Shown piece after piece: positions 10,570 to 24,511 of a stretch of DNA of 64,000 nucleotides. Source of the stretch: Hemiscyllium ocellatum. Its lineage: Eukaryota. The notes under the pieces are model-generated. The model was not told the origin of the DNA. It did not search any database and worked only from the letters and a program-made list of their open reading frames with translations. The stretch covers positions 67,484,320-67,548,319 of the forward strand of contig NC_083412.1 of the NCBI RefSeq assembly GCF_020745735.1, in the 5' to 3' direction. The translations under genes were made by a program, and so were the position numbers. Within the stretch, counting starts at the first letter, position 1. Every line of letters starts with the position of its first letter.

Positions 10570-12239
10570 CTGGGTAAAGAAAGATACAGTTATCAGTTTG
10601 GTCACATAAAAATAAAGACACATCTTACTACCTGGTTTTATTCTTCTCTTAAGTAACAAGATGACTACCTCAGCTGACCTGATAGGCTCAGATGCTAGCT
10701 CCCAACCGCCACTCCTCTGTTTCTCTCTCTGTCCAGTCCTTGCTCATCTTCTTTCTCTCCCCCAAACACAGCCTTTGTTGATGCAAAGGCAGATTTTTTT
10801 AAAAATTGTGTTTGGATGCATGTTATTGCGACAGGCAAGCAGGAAATGAAACATGAGCAACATACAGAGAGGAACAGAGTGAGAAATTGACACGTAGTAT
10901 CTGTGAGGCATTGAGAAATAATGCAAGGTTTGCAGAAGACATACATAACACTAGCAGAAAATGCAGATAGTGGAATATAGAGAAACTGAGAAATACAGAA
11001 AAGGAACTGGGAAACTACAGCGATTCACAAAGAATGGGAGCGAAGGAGTAAACACCAACAGAGATGACATTGAGATACTGTGATAAGGATGACAGCCATT
11101 TGTTCTCCATACATCAACTTCATCCATTCATTTTATTGACCAACGTAGGAATCTTGCATCTCATAAGTATCATTCATTTAGTGAATCAAGTGTCTATTTT
11201 CAAAGATGCTGATCATTTTGACTGAATATTTCTTGTACCATCCACCATTGAAGAACAAACCTTTGGCTATATTTTATGCAGTGTAAAACATCCTTCAACC
11301 AAATACCTTTGCTTGTCTGTACTCCAATTATCCCATAAGAGATAACACAAATCCTGATATAATTCAGTGCAACATCACAGTGTTAATTCAACAACATTAT
11401 TTAATTATTTTCTATTCATGGCAACATCTGGATTCATGCCAATGTACTCTGTTAGCAAACTATGCCAACCATGTAAATCATTTCACCAATTCTACTGGTT
11501 TATTTTACACTGACAGACAACTACCTCCAACTCCACCCCAACCAGGTAGCTCCAATCATGCCCCTAATATATTTAGCGAACACAAAGCAACTTTACAAGT
11601 TTCGGGATATACTTATGATCATTGTTGGAAAAATTAAAATACAGCAAAACTATTAGGAATCCTCACAAAGAAAATCTGTTTCCAGGTTATCTTTGATCAT
11701 AAGAAGTAATCTGTTACAGCAGTCACCAGAGGAGTGTCTGGTTCATAAAAATCTAACTACAAAAGGTGAAGAAATACGTTTATTAAATATAGAAAATATA
11801 CACCCAGTACACTGACTGCTGAATAAGCAGGAGTGTCAGTTTCCTAAAGAACAGAATTGTATTATTTACATACATTTTGTTACCCCAGGTTAGCTTTAGA
11901 TGAATCATATTTTTATATATATATTATATATATAAAAACTGGAGTTCTTCACGTAGAAATGTTACCACAATTATCACGTGGGGCAGGCAGAAGGACCCAG
12001 TTCTCAGTTGGACAGAAATTAAAATCACAAAAATACAAATGCTGGTGTAAACAGTCCATTTGCACACTGAATGGGAACTATCTTCCACTCAGAACCAGTA
12101 AGGGAAAGGCAATTAATTAGGTGGTGGTGTACCCAAACCAAACATTCCTGCTCCCAGCACTAACGGAGGCCCTTAAGTGCCTAAGCAAAGACTAGTTAAG
12201 AGTTTCAACCCACTTCCACTGGGAATTAACCAGCTACAG

Positions 12240-12428
12240 GCAGGAGTACTGCAGATGCTGGAGATTAGAGTGGTGCTGGAAAAGCACAGCAAGTCAGGCA
12301 TCATGAGCAGCAGGAAAATTGATGTTTCAGGCAAAAGGAATCTCCTGATGAAGGGCTTTTGCCCGAAACGCCGATTTTCCCGCTCCTCGGTTGCTGCCTG
12401 ACCTGCTGTGCTTTTCCAGCACCACTCT
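12240..12428. mobile_element. PLE-derived fold-back element; hammerhead core on + at 12345-12372
   Basis: Left arm (agagtggtgctggaaaagcacagc...gatgtttcaggcaaaa) is the reverse complement of the right arm. The terminal tail is on the left arm only. Confidence 0.85.
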
Positions 12429-14145
12429 CGTGGTTTCCCGTGGCTGCCAAAACCCTTTCCAGTTCATTGTGTATGTTCACATACATGTGAAAATTTGTAG
12501 GTCAGTGAACATATGTCCCAAAAAAGCACAATAAGCTCTGGGTATCACTGAACTTTTTCTTTTGCAATACTGGCTCTGTAGCACAAGGTGCTGCTATACG
12601 TCCACTTTCTGCTCTCTCGTATACAGTTGCTGTTCAAACAGCTGCTTCAAGCTAACATGAATTCATTTTTTCAAAATCTCCTTTTCTTTCACTTGACGTT
12701 GGATTTCTTATTCCTACTATTGTTTAAACTGTGTTACAGATATATTTATGGTGAGAAGAGAGGCTGGTGTTCATGCTCTGTACTCACACAGATTGGAAAG
12801 GTGTGGTACTGTAAATAGTCCCTCTTCCATCAATCTCATTCAATAAACTCCTTCCAACTAGCAGAACAGCAACACTCTCATGTCCTTATTCAGTTGATTG
12901 CGGCTAATCTTTCCAATTTGTTTGTTACAATGTTTACTACCTTGGGAAATAAGTTGCAGCTAGCCTTTATATGATATTGGAGTAGACTTCAATATAATTT
13001 GAACAGAAGTTTGTCAGCATAGTCAGGAACAAGCTCCAGACTGGGAGTACATAGCCATCTCAGTGATTATCATGGATACACCTGCACATCCACTTTCTTC
13101 TTTGAATTTGGGGGGAACAACCATCACAATCAATATCATGTTTAAAAATCAGTATCTTCTTGCAATCGATTTAGTGCTCTTCAGAGCGTGTATGAGGATG
13201 GGGGAGTGAGGTTGAACTTCCTACAGAATAATTTGTCTGCAATGAACGGTGAATCTGGAAGCATTAGGCCAGTTAGTTACGTGACTGTCTGGTTTTCCTT
13301 TCTTCTGAGATTAAATTCTCACCGGGACCACTCATTCAATTTAGGCCCAATAATACTCAGTATGACCAATCTCAGCTGTATCCAGCAGAGTTCTGTAGGT
13401 CATGTGTTCCTGCAGGATGCCAGAATTTGCTTTTTAAATACCTTAATTTACACAAGCAATTTTTTTTCCACTGCATGTTGATATTTGCTCCCGATTAGTC
13501 CCATGCAAATAACAACATTTAAATACTGTGCAGCGACATTTGTCACAGAATCTGAAGGCATACCTATCTGCACTACTGAAATTGCCTGTGTTAGCTCCCA
13601 ACAGCTTTCCATTATTTTACATGTTTTTCAGCTTTAATTGTTTTTTGAGGAAAAGTAGATTAATGACTCAGGAACTTGAAGATTTATCAAAGGGAACACA
13701 AATATTAATTAAAAGTTGATTCTTATGCACCATTCATGCTATTATTGACCCATCATATAACAAAACAGTTTCCCACTTTAATACTATGTTGATGCCACAT
13801 CTTAAAAATGCAAATAATTATGAAAATCATTATTACAAGTTTGCCAAGCGGTGTGTGATATATGGGGAAGGGTCTGACAAATGATCAAATATCCTAATCC
13901 AGCATTGGAACAGGAAGGTCCTTAAGCCTCATACACCATGCAGTTAGATCACTCCCTCAACTCCATTTATCAGCCTTTGATCCAGATGCCTTCATATGAT
14001 TCCTTCTCTCCACAATTTATTTTTACAATCAGATTGATTCACATTCATATATTGTTTTAATGTTCATCTCCCCTTTTGAGATAAAGGCTAATATTCTATT
14101 AGACTGTCAATTTTTTTTTACCAGTCTGTAGTTGATTTATGTGTG

Positions 14146-14417
14146 TAGATTAGAGCGGTGCTGGAAAAACACAGCAGGTCAGGCAGCATCCGAGGAGCAG
14201 GAAAATCGACATTTCGGGCAAAAGCCCTTCAGCAGGGAGCCTCTGGGGTGGAGAGTTAAATGGGAGAGGAGTGAGGCCAGGGAGAAGGTAGCAAAGAGTA
14301 CAATAAAAGAAACGCTGTTTTTCCTGCTCCTCAGATGTTGCCTGACCTGCTGTGCTTTTGCAGCACCACTCAAATCCAGACTCTGATTTTCTTCATCTGC
14401 AGTCCTCCCTTTTGCCT
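14146..14417. mobile_element. PLE-derived fold-back element
   Basis: Inverted arms. 12-bp TSD tgatttatgtgt (14133-14144 / 14420-14431). The minus-strand core is decayed to CTGCTGA. Confidence 0.85.
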
Positions 14418-16258
14418 AGTGATTTATGTGTATCAACATCCAAATCACTTCACTCCTCCCACAAATTCTAATCTCCTACAATCAAAAAAAAATTGAATTG
14501 CCTTCTGGCCTAAGTACTTCACATTTCCCTACCTCACAATCCAGATCCTTTCCTCTGTGTAACCACTCTGTTCATTACCTACAATTCTGATGCCAATTTA
14601 TTGGGTAACTTTATGAATTGAACCACAAATACAGAAAGTGTAGAGATTCAAGCTCAGGGAGCTCAGCTGGCCACTAAGTGTTCCCATCCTTTGTGAATGT
14701 TAACTACTGCAAAGCCTGCTGAACTCAGCTTAGGAATTTCCGCTATGGAATGCTACAAAAGACAGAAAATCCTACGAAGCCTACAAAGCCGAGTCCAAAT
14801 TCCCACTACTCCAATTATTCAAAGCTCTGCCCTCCCAGAAAGGTGAATAGCTTTCTCTTTTGGCAAAAGTATCTATTATGCTCAACTCCACACTATGCGT
14901 ATACTGTATTCATAAATAGTTACCCTTTTCTCCTCTCAAAAGCCAGACATCTGAAGTCTGTTGAAGACTCTTCTGACAATCTTGTAATAATTTCCATCAG
15001 CTCAGAGCTAGAATTGACCTAGGACTTTCTCATCTGTGTGACTCAATTAAAGTTAATGAGCAAACTTACTCATCTATTGTGAACATTTCCATAGAAGTTC
15101 CTCACTATTTAAAACCATGCAGTAGCTTTGTTGATAATTATTTTACTCATATCACTTCCTGATCCAATTTTGTTTTCAAACAATACTGACGAAAAGAGAT
15201 TGGTATTTTGTTCCATGTGAAGGATTACATACCAGCACAGGAGATAAACATCAACACAGACTTTCTATTGCATTTATTTTCGTCCAATACAGTCTTTGTT
15301 AAAAAAAAGGGTATTGCAGTTTGTCACAGCAACAGAACTCTGCTCTTCCAACACAAATAATGAAATACATACAACAAATATTTGGATTCATGTGGGGCTT
15401 CTCTTTTCAGGGGCTTTGCAACAGCTTTTACCACTCTGTGTATAAGCCAAGCTATATAGATCATTATGCAATAGAATAAAAATGAACGAACACTTGAAAT
15501 TTTATTGTAAATTACTCTTTCAAGCATTTTAATAGATCTTTTTCAACCTGTTTCAAATAAGTATATTAAGAAGTTTGCCAAAACAGCCAAGAAATTATTC
15601 TGTGCAATTTTAAGCTGACAATTTGTTTTTTCTGTAATTAGTGATGGGCATTTAGTTCCAGATACAAAGCATAGGAAATATAACAGAAATGCAAACTGGC
15701 AAGCTCTCAGATGTCTATGTCTTTGCCATTATCTGGGGATTTCTTGGTGTACGATGGGGCTTGAGTTCCAATGTCCTATGGTGGTGAGGACAGGGATATG
15801 CTACAATTTCAAAACAAGAGTGTTGTACAGAAGACCAAAGGTGTGATTAATAAGAGGTGTTATAAACATCACCCAGTTTAGAGAGGTCATATGGACTTCT
15901 GGGCAAAATAATTAAGGATCTTGGAAAAGTGATCCATGACATCAGGTTCTGTCACAGTTTCTGTAATAGTATCTATTATATCAAAGTAATCTGTAACTAG
16001 CAGCTAACATGCAACAAACTAGTTAGACCAGGAAGTGGTTTTCTACAGCAAGCGAGTCCTTAGCTTTCTACAATTCACGATGTTGGCAAAGATACTCCTC
16101 ATCATGAGTGTTTTCATTGTTTGTTTGCCTGTTTTTTTTCTGCACCCAGAGGTGGTTGATGCCCTGACATTCTGCAAGATAACAGCAACCCAATCATGCT
16201 TCAGCATCTAGCTCCCACTTCTTACCAGCATTCAGTGCCACTAAGTAGATGCCAAACT

Positions 16259-16289
<31 letters not shown>
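16259..16289. repeat. (TG)n microsatellite
   Basis: About 15 TG units. Confidence 0.95.
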
Positions 16290-16292
<3 letters not shown>

Positions 16293-17064
16293 TGCAGATG
16301 GTGGCATATGAGTGACGAAGATTTGGCAGTGGATTGGCACCCCAAAATTATCAGGTTCTCAATTCCAGATTGAAAATTTTGTGCCACCATCCAAAAGGTG
16401 AAGAGAGGGGAGACAGGACTACTGATGTTTCCCAGTTAAAAGGACATCACACTAGGCAAGGTGCTGGAAACCTTCTCGCTGTTGCTACTGAATACTACTC
16501 AAAGTACAGTGGTACATAGTTAGTCCGAATGAACCCAGTTCTGGACAGGTCATTCAAATGATCCAAAGACTTAACTTACCAGACTGGAGTTTACTGAGGC
16601 CCCACATTAGCAGCGAATATTTAAAAGATTTCTTTCTCTCTCCTAATATTTTTCCTTCATTTGCTGAAATCACTAGCCTCAAGGAAACCAAATGTATTAG
16701 CTCCATCAGCAATTTTATCACACAGAACATCACAAGCCCAGGCCATTTCTTCAGTGGACATTCACACAACTGACAAATATTTCCATCATGGCTCACTATC
16801 CAGAAACTTGTGTAGGAAAATGGGATTGTGAGATCATTGGGCTGGAAACCATCACTGCCCATTGTTGATTGTCTTCTGACAATTTGAAAGTGGTAACTTG
16901 AAAGGAAGTGGCTGATTGGCAAGCACAAGGGAGGAAACAAACCAAGTGATGGCAAAACACAAGGCTTGCACTAACATATTTAAAAAAAGAGGCATATTGG
17001 CTATTTGACAATCCCTAGCTATCTATGTATCCTCATGAATCACAGAGGTCTAGGATTCTTTTGA

Positions 17065-20000
17065 ATCAAAGAACAAAGAAAATAACAGCACAGGAACAGG
17101 CCCTTCGGTCCTCCAGGCCTGCGCTGATCCAGATCCTCGACCTAAACCTGTCACTTATTTTCTAAGGGTCTGTACCCCTCTGCTCCCTGCCCATTCATGC
17201 ATCTGTCTAGATACATCTGAAATGACACTATTGTGCCTGCCTCTACCATCTCTGCTGGCAACATGTCCCACGCACATGCCATCCTCAGCGTAAACAACTT
17301 TCCACGCATATCTCCCTTAACCTGTCCCCTCTTATCTTGAACTCGTGACCTCAAATAATTGAGTCTCCCACTCTGGGAAAAAGCTTCTTGCTATCTACCC
17401 TGTCTATACCTCTCAGGATTTTGTAGACCTCAATTAGGACCCCTCTCGACCTCCAACTTTCTATTGAAAATAATCCAAGTCAACTCAACTTCTCTTCATT
17501 ACTAGCCCCCTCCATACCAGGCAACATCCTGGTGAACCTCCTCTGCACTCTGTTCAAAGCATCCATATCCTTTTGGTCATGTGGCAACCAGAACTTTACG
17601 CAGTATTCCAAATGTGGTCGAACAAAAGTCTAATACAACTGTAGTATGACCTAGATGAGAGTGAGTACTGCAGATGTTGGAGATTAGAGTCAAGATTAGA
17701 GTGGTGCTGGAAAAACAAAGCAGGTCAGGCAGCATCCAAAGAGCAGGAGATGAGCTTATGCCTGAAACATCGATTCTCTTGCTCCTCGGATGCTGCCTGA
17801 CCTGCTGTGCTTTCCCAGCACCACACTCTTGACTGCATTATGACCTGTCAACTCTTGTACTCAATACCTCTTCCAATGAAGGAAAGCATGCCGTATGCCT
17901 TCCTGACCACTTCTGACCTGCGTTGCCACCTTCAGGGTGCATTATACATCAGTTTTCCCCAGGTCTTTTCCATTTATTGCATAGTTGGCTCTTGAATTGG
18001 ATCTTCCAAAATGCATCACCTCGCCCAGATTGAACTCCATCTGCCGTATCTCCGCCCATCTCTTCAATCTAACTATTTTCTGTTGCATTCTCCGACAGTC
18101 CCCTTCACTATCTGCTAATCCATCAATCTTAGTGTCATTGGCAAACTTGCTAATCAGACCACCTAAACCTTCCTCCAGATCATTTTTGTATATCACAAAC
18201 AAAAGTGGTCCCAGTACAGATCCCTGTGGAACACCACTGGTCATAGTTCTCTATTCTGAGAAGCACCCTTCCACTATTACTCTGTCTCCTGCAGCCCAGC
18301 CAGTTCTCTATCCATTTAGCAAGTACACCCTGGACCCCATGTGACTTCACGTTCTCCGTTAGCCTATCATGGGGAACCTTATCAAATGCTTTAATGAAGT
18401 CCACATATAGACATTACAGCCCTTTCCTTATTAATCAACCTTGTCACTTCCTCAAAGAATTCTATTAAGTTGGTAAGGCATGACCTTCCCTACACAAAAC
18501 TATGTTGCCTTTCACTGATAAGCCCATTTTCTTCCATATGGGAGTAGATCCTATCCCTCAGTGTCTTCTCCAACAACTTCCCTAACCACTGACGTCAGGC
18601 TCACCAGTCTATAACTACCCGGATTATCACTACTACCCTTCTTAAACAAGGGGATAACATTAACAATTCTCCAGGCCTCCAGGACCTCACACATGTTCAA
18701 GGATGCTGCAAAGATATCTGTTAAAGCCCTAGCTATTTCCTCTCTTTCTTCCCTCAGTAACCTGGGATAGATCCCATCCAGACCTGGGGACTTGTCCACC
18801 TTAATGCCTTTTAAAATACACAACACTTCCTCCCTCCCTCCCTCCCTCCTTCTACCGACTTGACCTAGAGTAATCAAACATCTATCTCTAACCTCAACAT
18901 CTGCCATGTCCCTCTCCTTGGTGAATACTGATGTAAAGTACTCATTAAGAATCTCACCCATTTTCACTGACTCTACTCAACTTTCCTCTTTTGTCTTCGA
19001 GTGGGCCAACCCTTTCACTAGTTATCCTCTCACTCCTTATATACGAGTAAAAGGCTTTTGGGATTTTCCTTAAGCTAAAAATATCTCATGACCCCTCTTA
19101 GCCCTCTTAATTCCTCATTTTTCAGACTGGTCCTACTTTCCTGATATTCTTCCAAAGTTTCATTTGTTTTCAGTTGCCTAGACCAAATGTATGCTTCCTT
19201 CTTCCTCTTAGCTAGTCTCACAATTTCACCTGTCATCCATGCTTTTTGCCATTTCTATCCCTCATTACACAGGGACATATCTGTCCTGCACTCTAATCAA
19301 TCTCTCTTTAAAAAACCTCCCACACATCAAATATGGATTTCCCTTCCCAATCTACGTTCCCCAGCTCCTGCCAAATTTTGCTATAGTTAGCCTTCCACCA
19401 ATTTAGCATTCTTCCCTTAGGACCACTCTCATCTTAACCACAAGTATTCTAAAACTTACGGAATTGTGATCACTATTCCCAAAATAATCCCCTACTGAAA
19501 CTTCAACACCTGGCCAGGCTCATTCCCCAACACCAGGTCCAGTGTGACCCCTTCCCGAGTTGAGCATTTACATTCTGTTCTATATAATCTTCCTGGATGT
19601 TCCTTACAAAATCTGCTCCATCTAGATCTCTAACAATTAGTGAATTCCAGTCAATGGTGGGAAAATTAAAATCTCCTAACCCTGTTGCTCCTATATCTTT
19701 TCATAATCTGTTTACATGTTTGTACCTCTATCTTACGCTCACAGTTGGGAGGCCTGTACTACAGCCCCCAACATTGTTGACGCACCTTCGTATTTCTAAG
19801 CTCGACCCATACTGCCTCACTGCTTGAGTCCTCCAGTGTCCTCCTTCAGCACACCTGTAATATCCTGTGACCAGTAATGCCAGTCCTCCACCCCTTTATC
19901 TCCCACTCTATCCTGCATGAAGCATCTATGTCCTAGGATATTTACTTGCCAATCATGCCCTTCCCTAACCAAGTTTCAATAAGAACAATAACAGCATACT

Positions 20001-20345
20001 CCCAGGTACCAATCCAAGCCCTAAGTTCATCTGCCTTACCTACTATACTTCTCGCATTAAAACAAATGCACCACAGATCACCTGTCCCTTTGCATTCATC
20101 ATCTGCTCTCTGCCTACTCTTCCCTTTAGTCATGCTGACTTCATGATCTACTTCCTTACAGACTTTAGCTACTATCTCCTTCCTGTCCACTAAACTCATT
20201 TGGTTCCCATGCCCCTGCCAAATTAGTTGAAACCCTCCCCTACAGCATTAGCAAAAGCACCGAGGACATTGGTTCTAGTCCAGCCCAGGTGTAGAACATC
20301 TGATTTGTAAAATAGTCCCACCTCCCCCTGAACTGGTCCCAATCA
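17065..20345 (-). mobile_element. Long, disrupted CR1 LINE (APE endonuclease + RT ORF2 remnants)
   Basis: Minus-strand ORF fragments in order: FNARSIVGKADEL...ETWL (APE); KSPGLDGIYPRLL...VIPLFKKG...YRLVSLTSVV; MDFIKAFDKVPH; SGVPQGSVLGPLLF...SKFANDTKI (RT). Frameshifts, stops and an internal deletion. Confidence 0.95.
17653..17831. mobile_element. PLE-derived fold-back element inserted in the CR1
   Basis: Inverted arms. About 15-bp TSD actgtagtatgacct (17638-17652) / actgcattatgacct (17832-17846). Confidence 0.85.
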
Positions 20346-20689
20346 GTTCAAGTTGGCTCAAATTCACTGGTAAGTAGCAAAGTATTATCATCTTACACAA
20401 TCTGCAGTACACAGTTGGAAAGCTATTGCTATTTTGATGGATTATTCTCAGGTATATCACATTTCACGTCCAAAATAGGACAACTAATTATATGTATGCC
20501 GTCCAAAATAGAGTTTATTTAATGCTCCTAAAAATTCAAAGTTTTTTTTATACCAAAAGTTTAAATTAATTTGTAAATTTATTAACATGAACAAGATGCC
20601 ATTATAGAGCATACTACTTGGTTTGGGGTTTAAGAATTAAATCTTTCAGCTGCAAACCAACCTGTTCTGAACTCACCCATTTCCAATGG

Positions 20690-21255
20690 ATGCAGAAGTT
20701 TTGCTGCAGTTATATAAACTCCTGGTTAGAGCCCGCCTGTAGTAATGTGAAAGGATTTGGGCACCACCCATCAGGAAGGATACATTGGCCTTAGAGGAAA
20801 TACAATGTAGGTTTACAAGAATGATACCTGGACTTCAGGGCTTAAGTTAGGAGAATTATTCAAATTAAGCCTGTTTTCACAAGAATTTAGAAAGTTAAGG
20901 GCTGATCTGATCAAAATCTTCAGGATATTAACAAGAAAAAAACATGGTAGATAAACTACTTCCATTCTAGAACTAAGGGGCATAGCTTGAGAATTAAAGC
21001 CAGATCACTCACGAGAGACATTAGGAAGCACTCCCAATAACAAAGGGTACATTTTTGGAACTCTATTCCACAAATGGTAGTGGATGCTGGATCAGTTGTT
21101 ACTTCAAATCTAAGACAGATAATTTTTTTGTTAGGCAAAGTTATTAAGGGCATTGGCTAAAGGCAAGTATTTGTTGTTAGGTCACAGATCAACCATGATC
21201 TCACTGAATGGTAGAAAAGACTTGAGAGGCCGAATGGCCTACTCCTGTCCATATG
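20690..21255 (+). mobile_element. CR1-type LINE 3' fragment
   Basis: Degenerate LYKLLVR...LRADLI coding remnants; ends in gaatggcctactcctg. Confidence 0.75.
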
Positions 21256-21492
21256 TTCTGATTCTAATGGAGGTGGGATAAGCGAAGTGAGCAAGTAAGC
21301 AACCTATGCCAAAGAAATAAGTGGATCATCTCAACATTTTAACAAAGTTGTGGGCCTAACTCTTTTCTTCCTCGATGTCAGGTTACCTAGACCTCAATAT
21401 ACCCAGAAGCTGAAGGGAGGCAAGAACTGCTGGATCTAGCAGGGAACAGCTTTTCCAGCAGAGTTTTGGGAGTATGATGGTTGCTTTTTCTA

Positions 21493-21712
21493 ATTCATTC
21501 ATAGAATGTAGGTGTTGCTGCTAGGCTAGCATTCATTGCCCATCCTAATTGTCTAGAGGGCAGTTGAGAATCAACCACATTGCTGTGGGTCTGGAGTCAC
21601 ATATAGGCTAGACAAAGGAAGGATTGCAGTTTCCTTCTCTAAAGGACATTAGTGAACCAGATGGGCTTTTCATGACAATCAACAATGATTTAAATGGTCA
21701 CCATTAGACTTA
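21493..21712 (-). mobile_element. SINE fragment with CR1/L2-type tail (second copy at about 61005-61320)
   Basis: ttgctgtgggtctggagtcac...ttccttctctaaaggacattagtgaaccagatggg is shared with 61100-61200. Confidence 0.6.
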
Positions 21713-24511
21713 ACCTCAAGATTATCCATAAATGAATCCATATGAATCTCTTCCCTACCCCACATCCAACACACAAGCTTCCCTTTTCAATTTTTCTACC
21801 TCAACTCTCACCAGATTCTGGCCACAGACTCTAATTTGCCATTCAGCCTTCCAATTTTTCCATTCCCTGTTCCTTGGCATCTCTGATGCTCAACTTTTGA
21901 CCTCTAATCTCCCACCCATTCCCAGTACCTCTTTTCTCTGCCCTCTGACAAAAACCAATTCATCCAAATGCTTGCCAGGTAGCCTCATTTGGCTTCTGAA
22001 GCCAGGAAGCAGATTGAAATGTCACTCAGACCCTGCTACTAAATTTGATAGGACCCGATGGATCAAATGCAAAGCAGCCATTTCCTTACCCATTCCCTGT
22101 CCCAGATATTTATGGGAAAACAAAGAGATAGCACATTAAAACATTAGAAATCCATTAATTTGAATTCAAAAAGCAGTAAACTTCCAGATCCAGCTATCTT
22201 TCTCCATTGAAAGGGAGTCAAAATTATTTATTGTATTTATTTCTTTCTCACTTTTTCTTCTGTTATCAGGAACCATACTTCCAAAGGACCCAGAGGGAAG
22301 TGCATCTTCGGCTCTGGTCAATGGTGTAGTGAATTACTGTCTGATGAAACTTGCTGTTGGTGAGGTAAGACTTTCCCCCTCCACTTTCCCAATGGAAACA
22401 TCACCCAAGGAACATCAATTAAAACTTCAACTTTCTTGTGTGGCCTAGCCTTTCATGGTAGCTAGCCACTCGTTGCTACACTTCTTTATGTGCAGCTTAT
22501 TCCCTATCCCCACCTCTACTCCCTACAATTATCACAACAATCCTGATCTCTTCATGGCTGTCTCCCTCAAATCTCTGACCATCTTTCCCAAGAGCTGTAA
22601 TAGGTGAATGTCACCCCTCGTTCTATGACAGCTATGTGTAGTGGCATCTTCAGATAGAGAGATATGGCAGATTTTCTTCACCTGTTTTAGAATAACACAT
22701 CATGTGACGATCTGCAAAGGATTAGCAAAGTGTCCTTCCAACTGACAAACCTAAACTTGAATTCTGCCCTGATTGATGATACGAAAGTCTTCTCTCGCTA
22801 CGTGCTCGCAATCCAATTACTGGCAGTCACTATCCAGAAACAGCAGTACTCAGTTGTCTGACTTACAGGTCACAATGATGGCTAATGTAAAATTGTACGT
22901 TGGTGCAGTTGAAGGAAAGCTAATCTGAGGTTGTGATTAAGGGACATTGTTAATGCACAACAGGGCAGCTTCACCACGTACCTAACCTATTCTATAACTG
23001 ACCTGATTGTCGCTTAGTATCTGGGTGAAGCACTAAGAGTATGTTTTGTACTCCTCAAGTGGTAAAAAGTCTCAGCAGGATTAGCAAAAAAAGTACTTTT
23101 TTTTAAAAAGAATCACATTTTATATCACATTTATTTTGCAATCTATTAATTTGTATTAATTTCCTACCACAGTTAATTATAAATATCTGATTTAGCAAAG
23201 GAAACGTTTTAAAGGTCCCTGAAGTGCGTTGAAAGAATTATAGGAAGATGCTGTTTAAATAATATCACATGTTCTGCTTCTACACAATAGCTTTGATTAA
23301 CTGAAATGAAGTAATGGAAACAGCTGTCACCCTGACCAGCCTTGTATTTTTTTTCACAACTGTGTATTACAAGACAGTCACCAGATTCTCATAATTCAAG
23401 GAGAAATATAGGACTGAACAGACTTGGAACAAATCAAGTTCAATGCAAAAAAAAAGTTGCTCCAGCAACTATCAATTTTGCATCATGTTCTATATTTCTT
23501 GTCAAATTTTACTGCTAATTTTTCCCCTTCCCTACCATATGCTAGACCCCTGGACCTTGGCAATGAGCTCAAATGTATTAGCCTCAGTGAACGGTGCCAG
23601 GTTTTGAAGCAGGATTATCAAGAGAGAACACCTAATATCCACTTTCCTCAACAGTTATACATACACTTGTAGTAGGGGCGGCTGGAAAACGATTAACAGA
23701 GGACACTCTATTTGCAGTTCACAGTCCAGAATCTCTGATGATCTATTGCATCCCTGGCATTGTCTTAGTTAAGACCGGCTAACTCAACATTGTGGACAAT
23801 AAGTCTACAACCTTTCAGGTCTATAGGATTCAGCCACTCATTACATTGTCCTCAGCTCACCTCAAGCCAATCTGAGTAAACTTTCTTGACTGATTGGACT
23901 CTTAATATATCCTTGTTCTTTTTCTAATTTACCTATTATTTTTCATGCAATTTTAAAAAATATATTTATTTGCATTTTCACTGGTGGGGAGCATATGTTA
24001 TCTTTCTCCTAACTAAAAATACAATAAGATTCAAGAACCGTGTCATACCTGCTGGGTAGATCTGCGGTGATTCTACAAAGAATGTACTTCATTTCCTGAA
24101 CACAATCGTGGCATTAACAAAGAGCTGTGTCACTGGTCTTACCCAATGTCCCACAGAAAACGGTTACCGTTAACTACTTTTTAAGTGGGTAGAAAATTCT
24201 GGTAAAACACCTTCAGGGTTATGGCACAGGTCTGGACTGTTAGGGCATCCCACACAAACTGGTGTAGTAGTACAGTGCCTATAAGTAACCCAATGTTAAA
24301 TTGGGGTTTGTAAATTTTGCGGGTGCATTTTTTTTGCTTAATTTCCTGTTTTTCACCTGCACCTACCAGCCATGGAGTTTAAGTTCCCTCCATGTTCACA
24401 GAATATTTAAAAGTTGTGTGTTTAATTTAATTAAAGATTGACAAGAGTTTAGTGGGACACAGACAGAATGAAGGGTGATGAAAGTATATTCAACACGATA
24501 AACATTATTAG

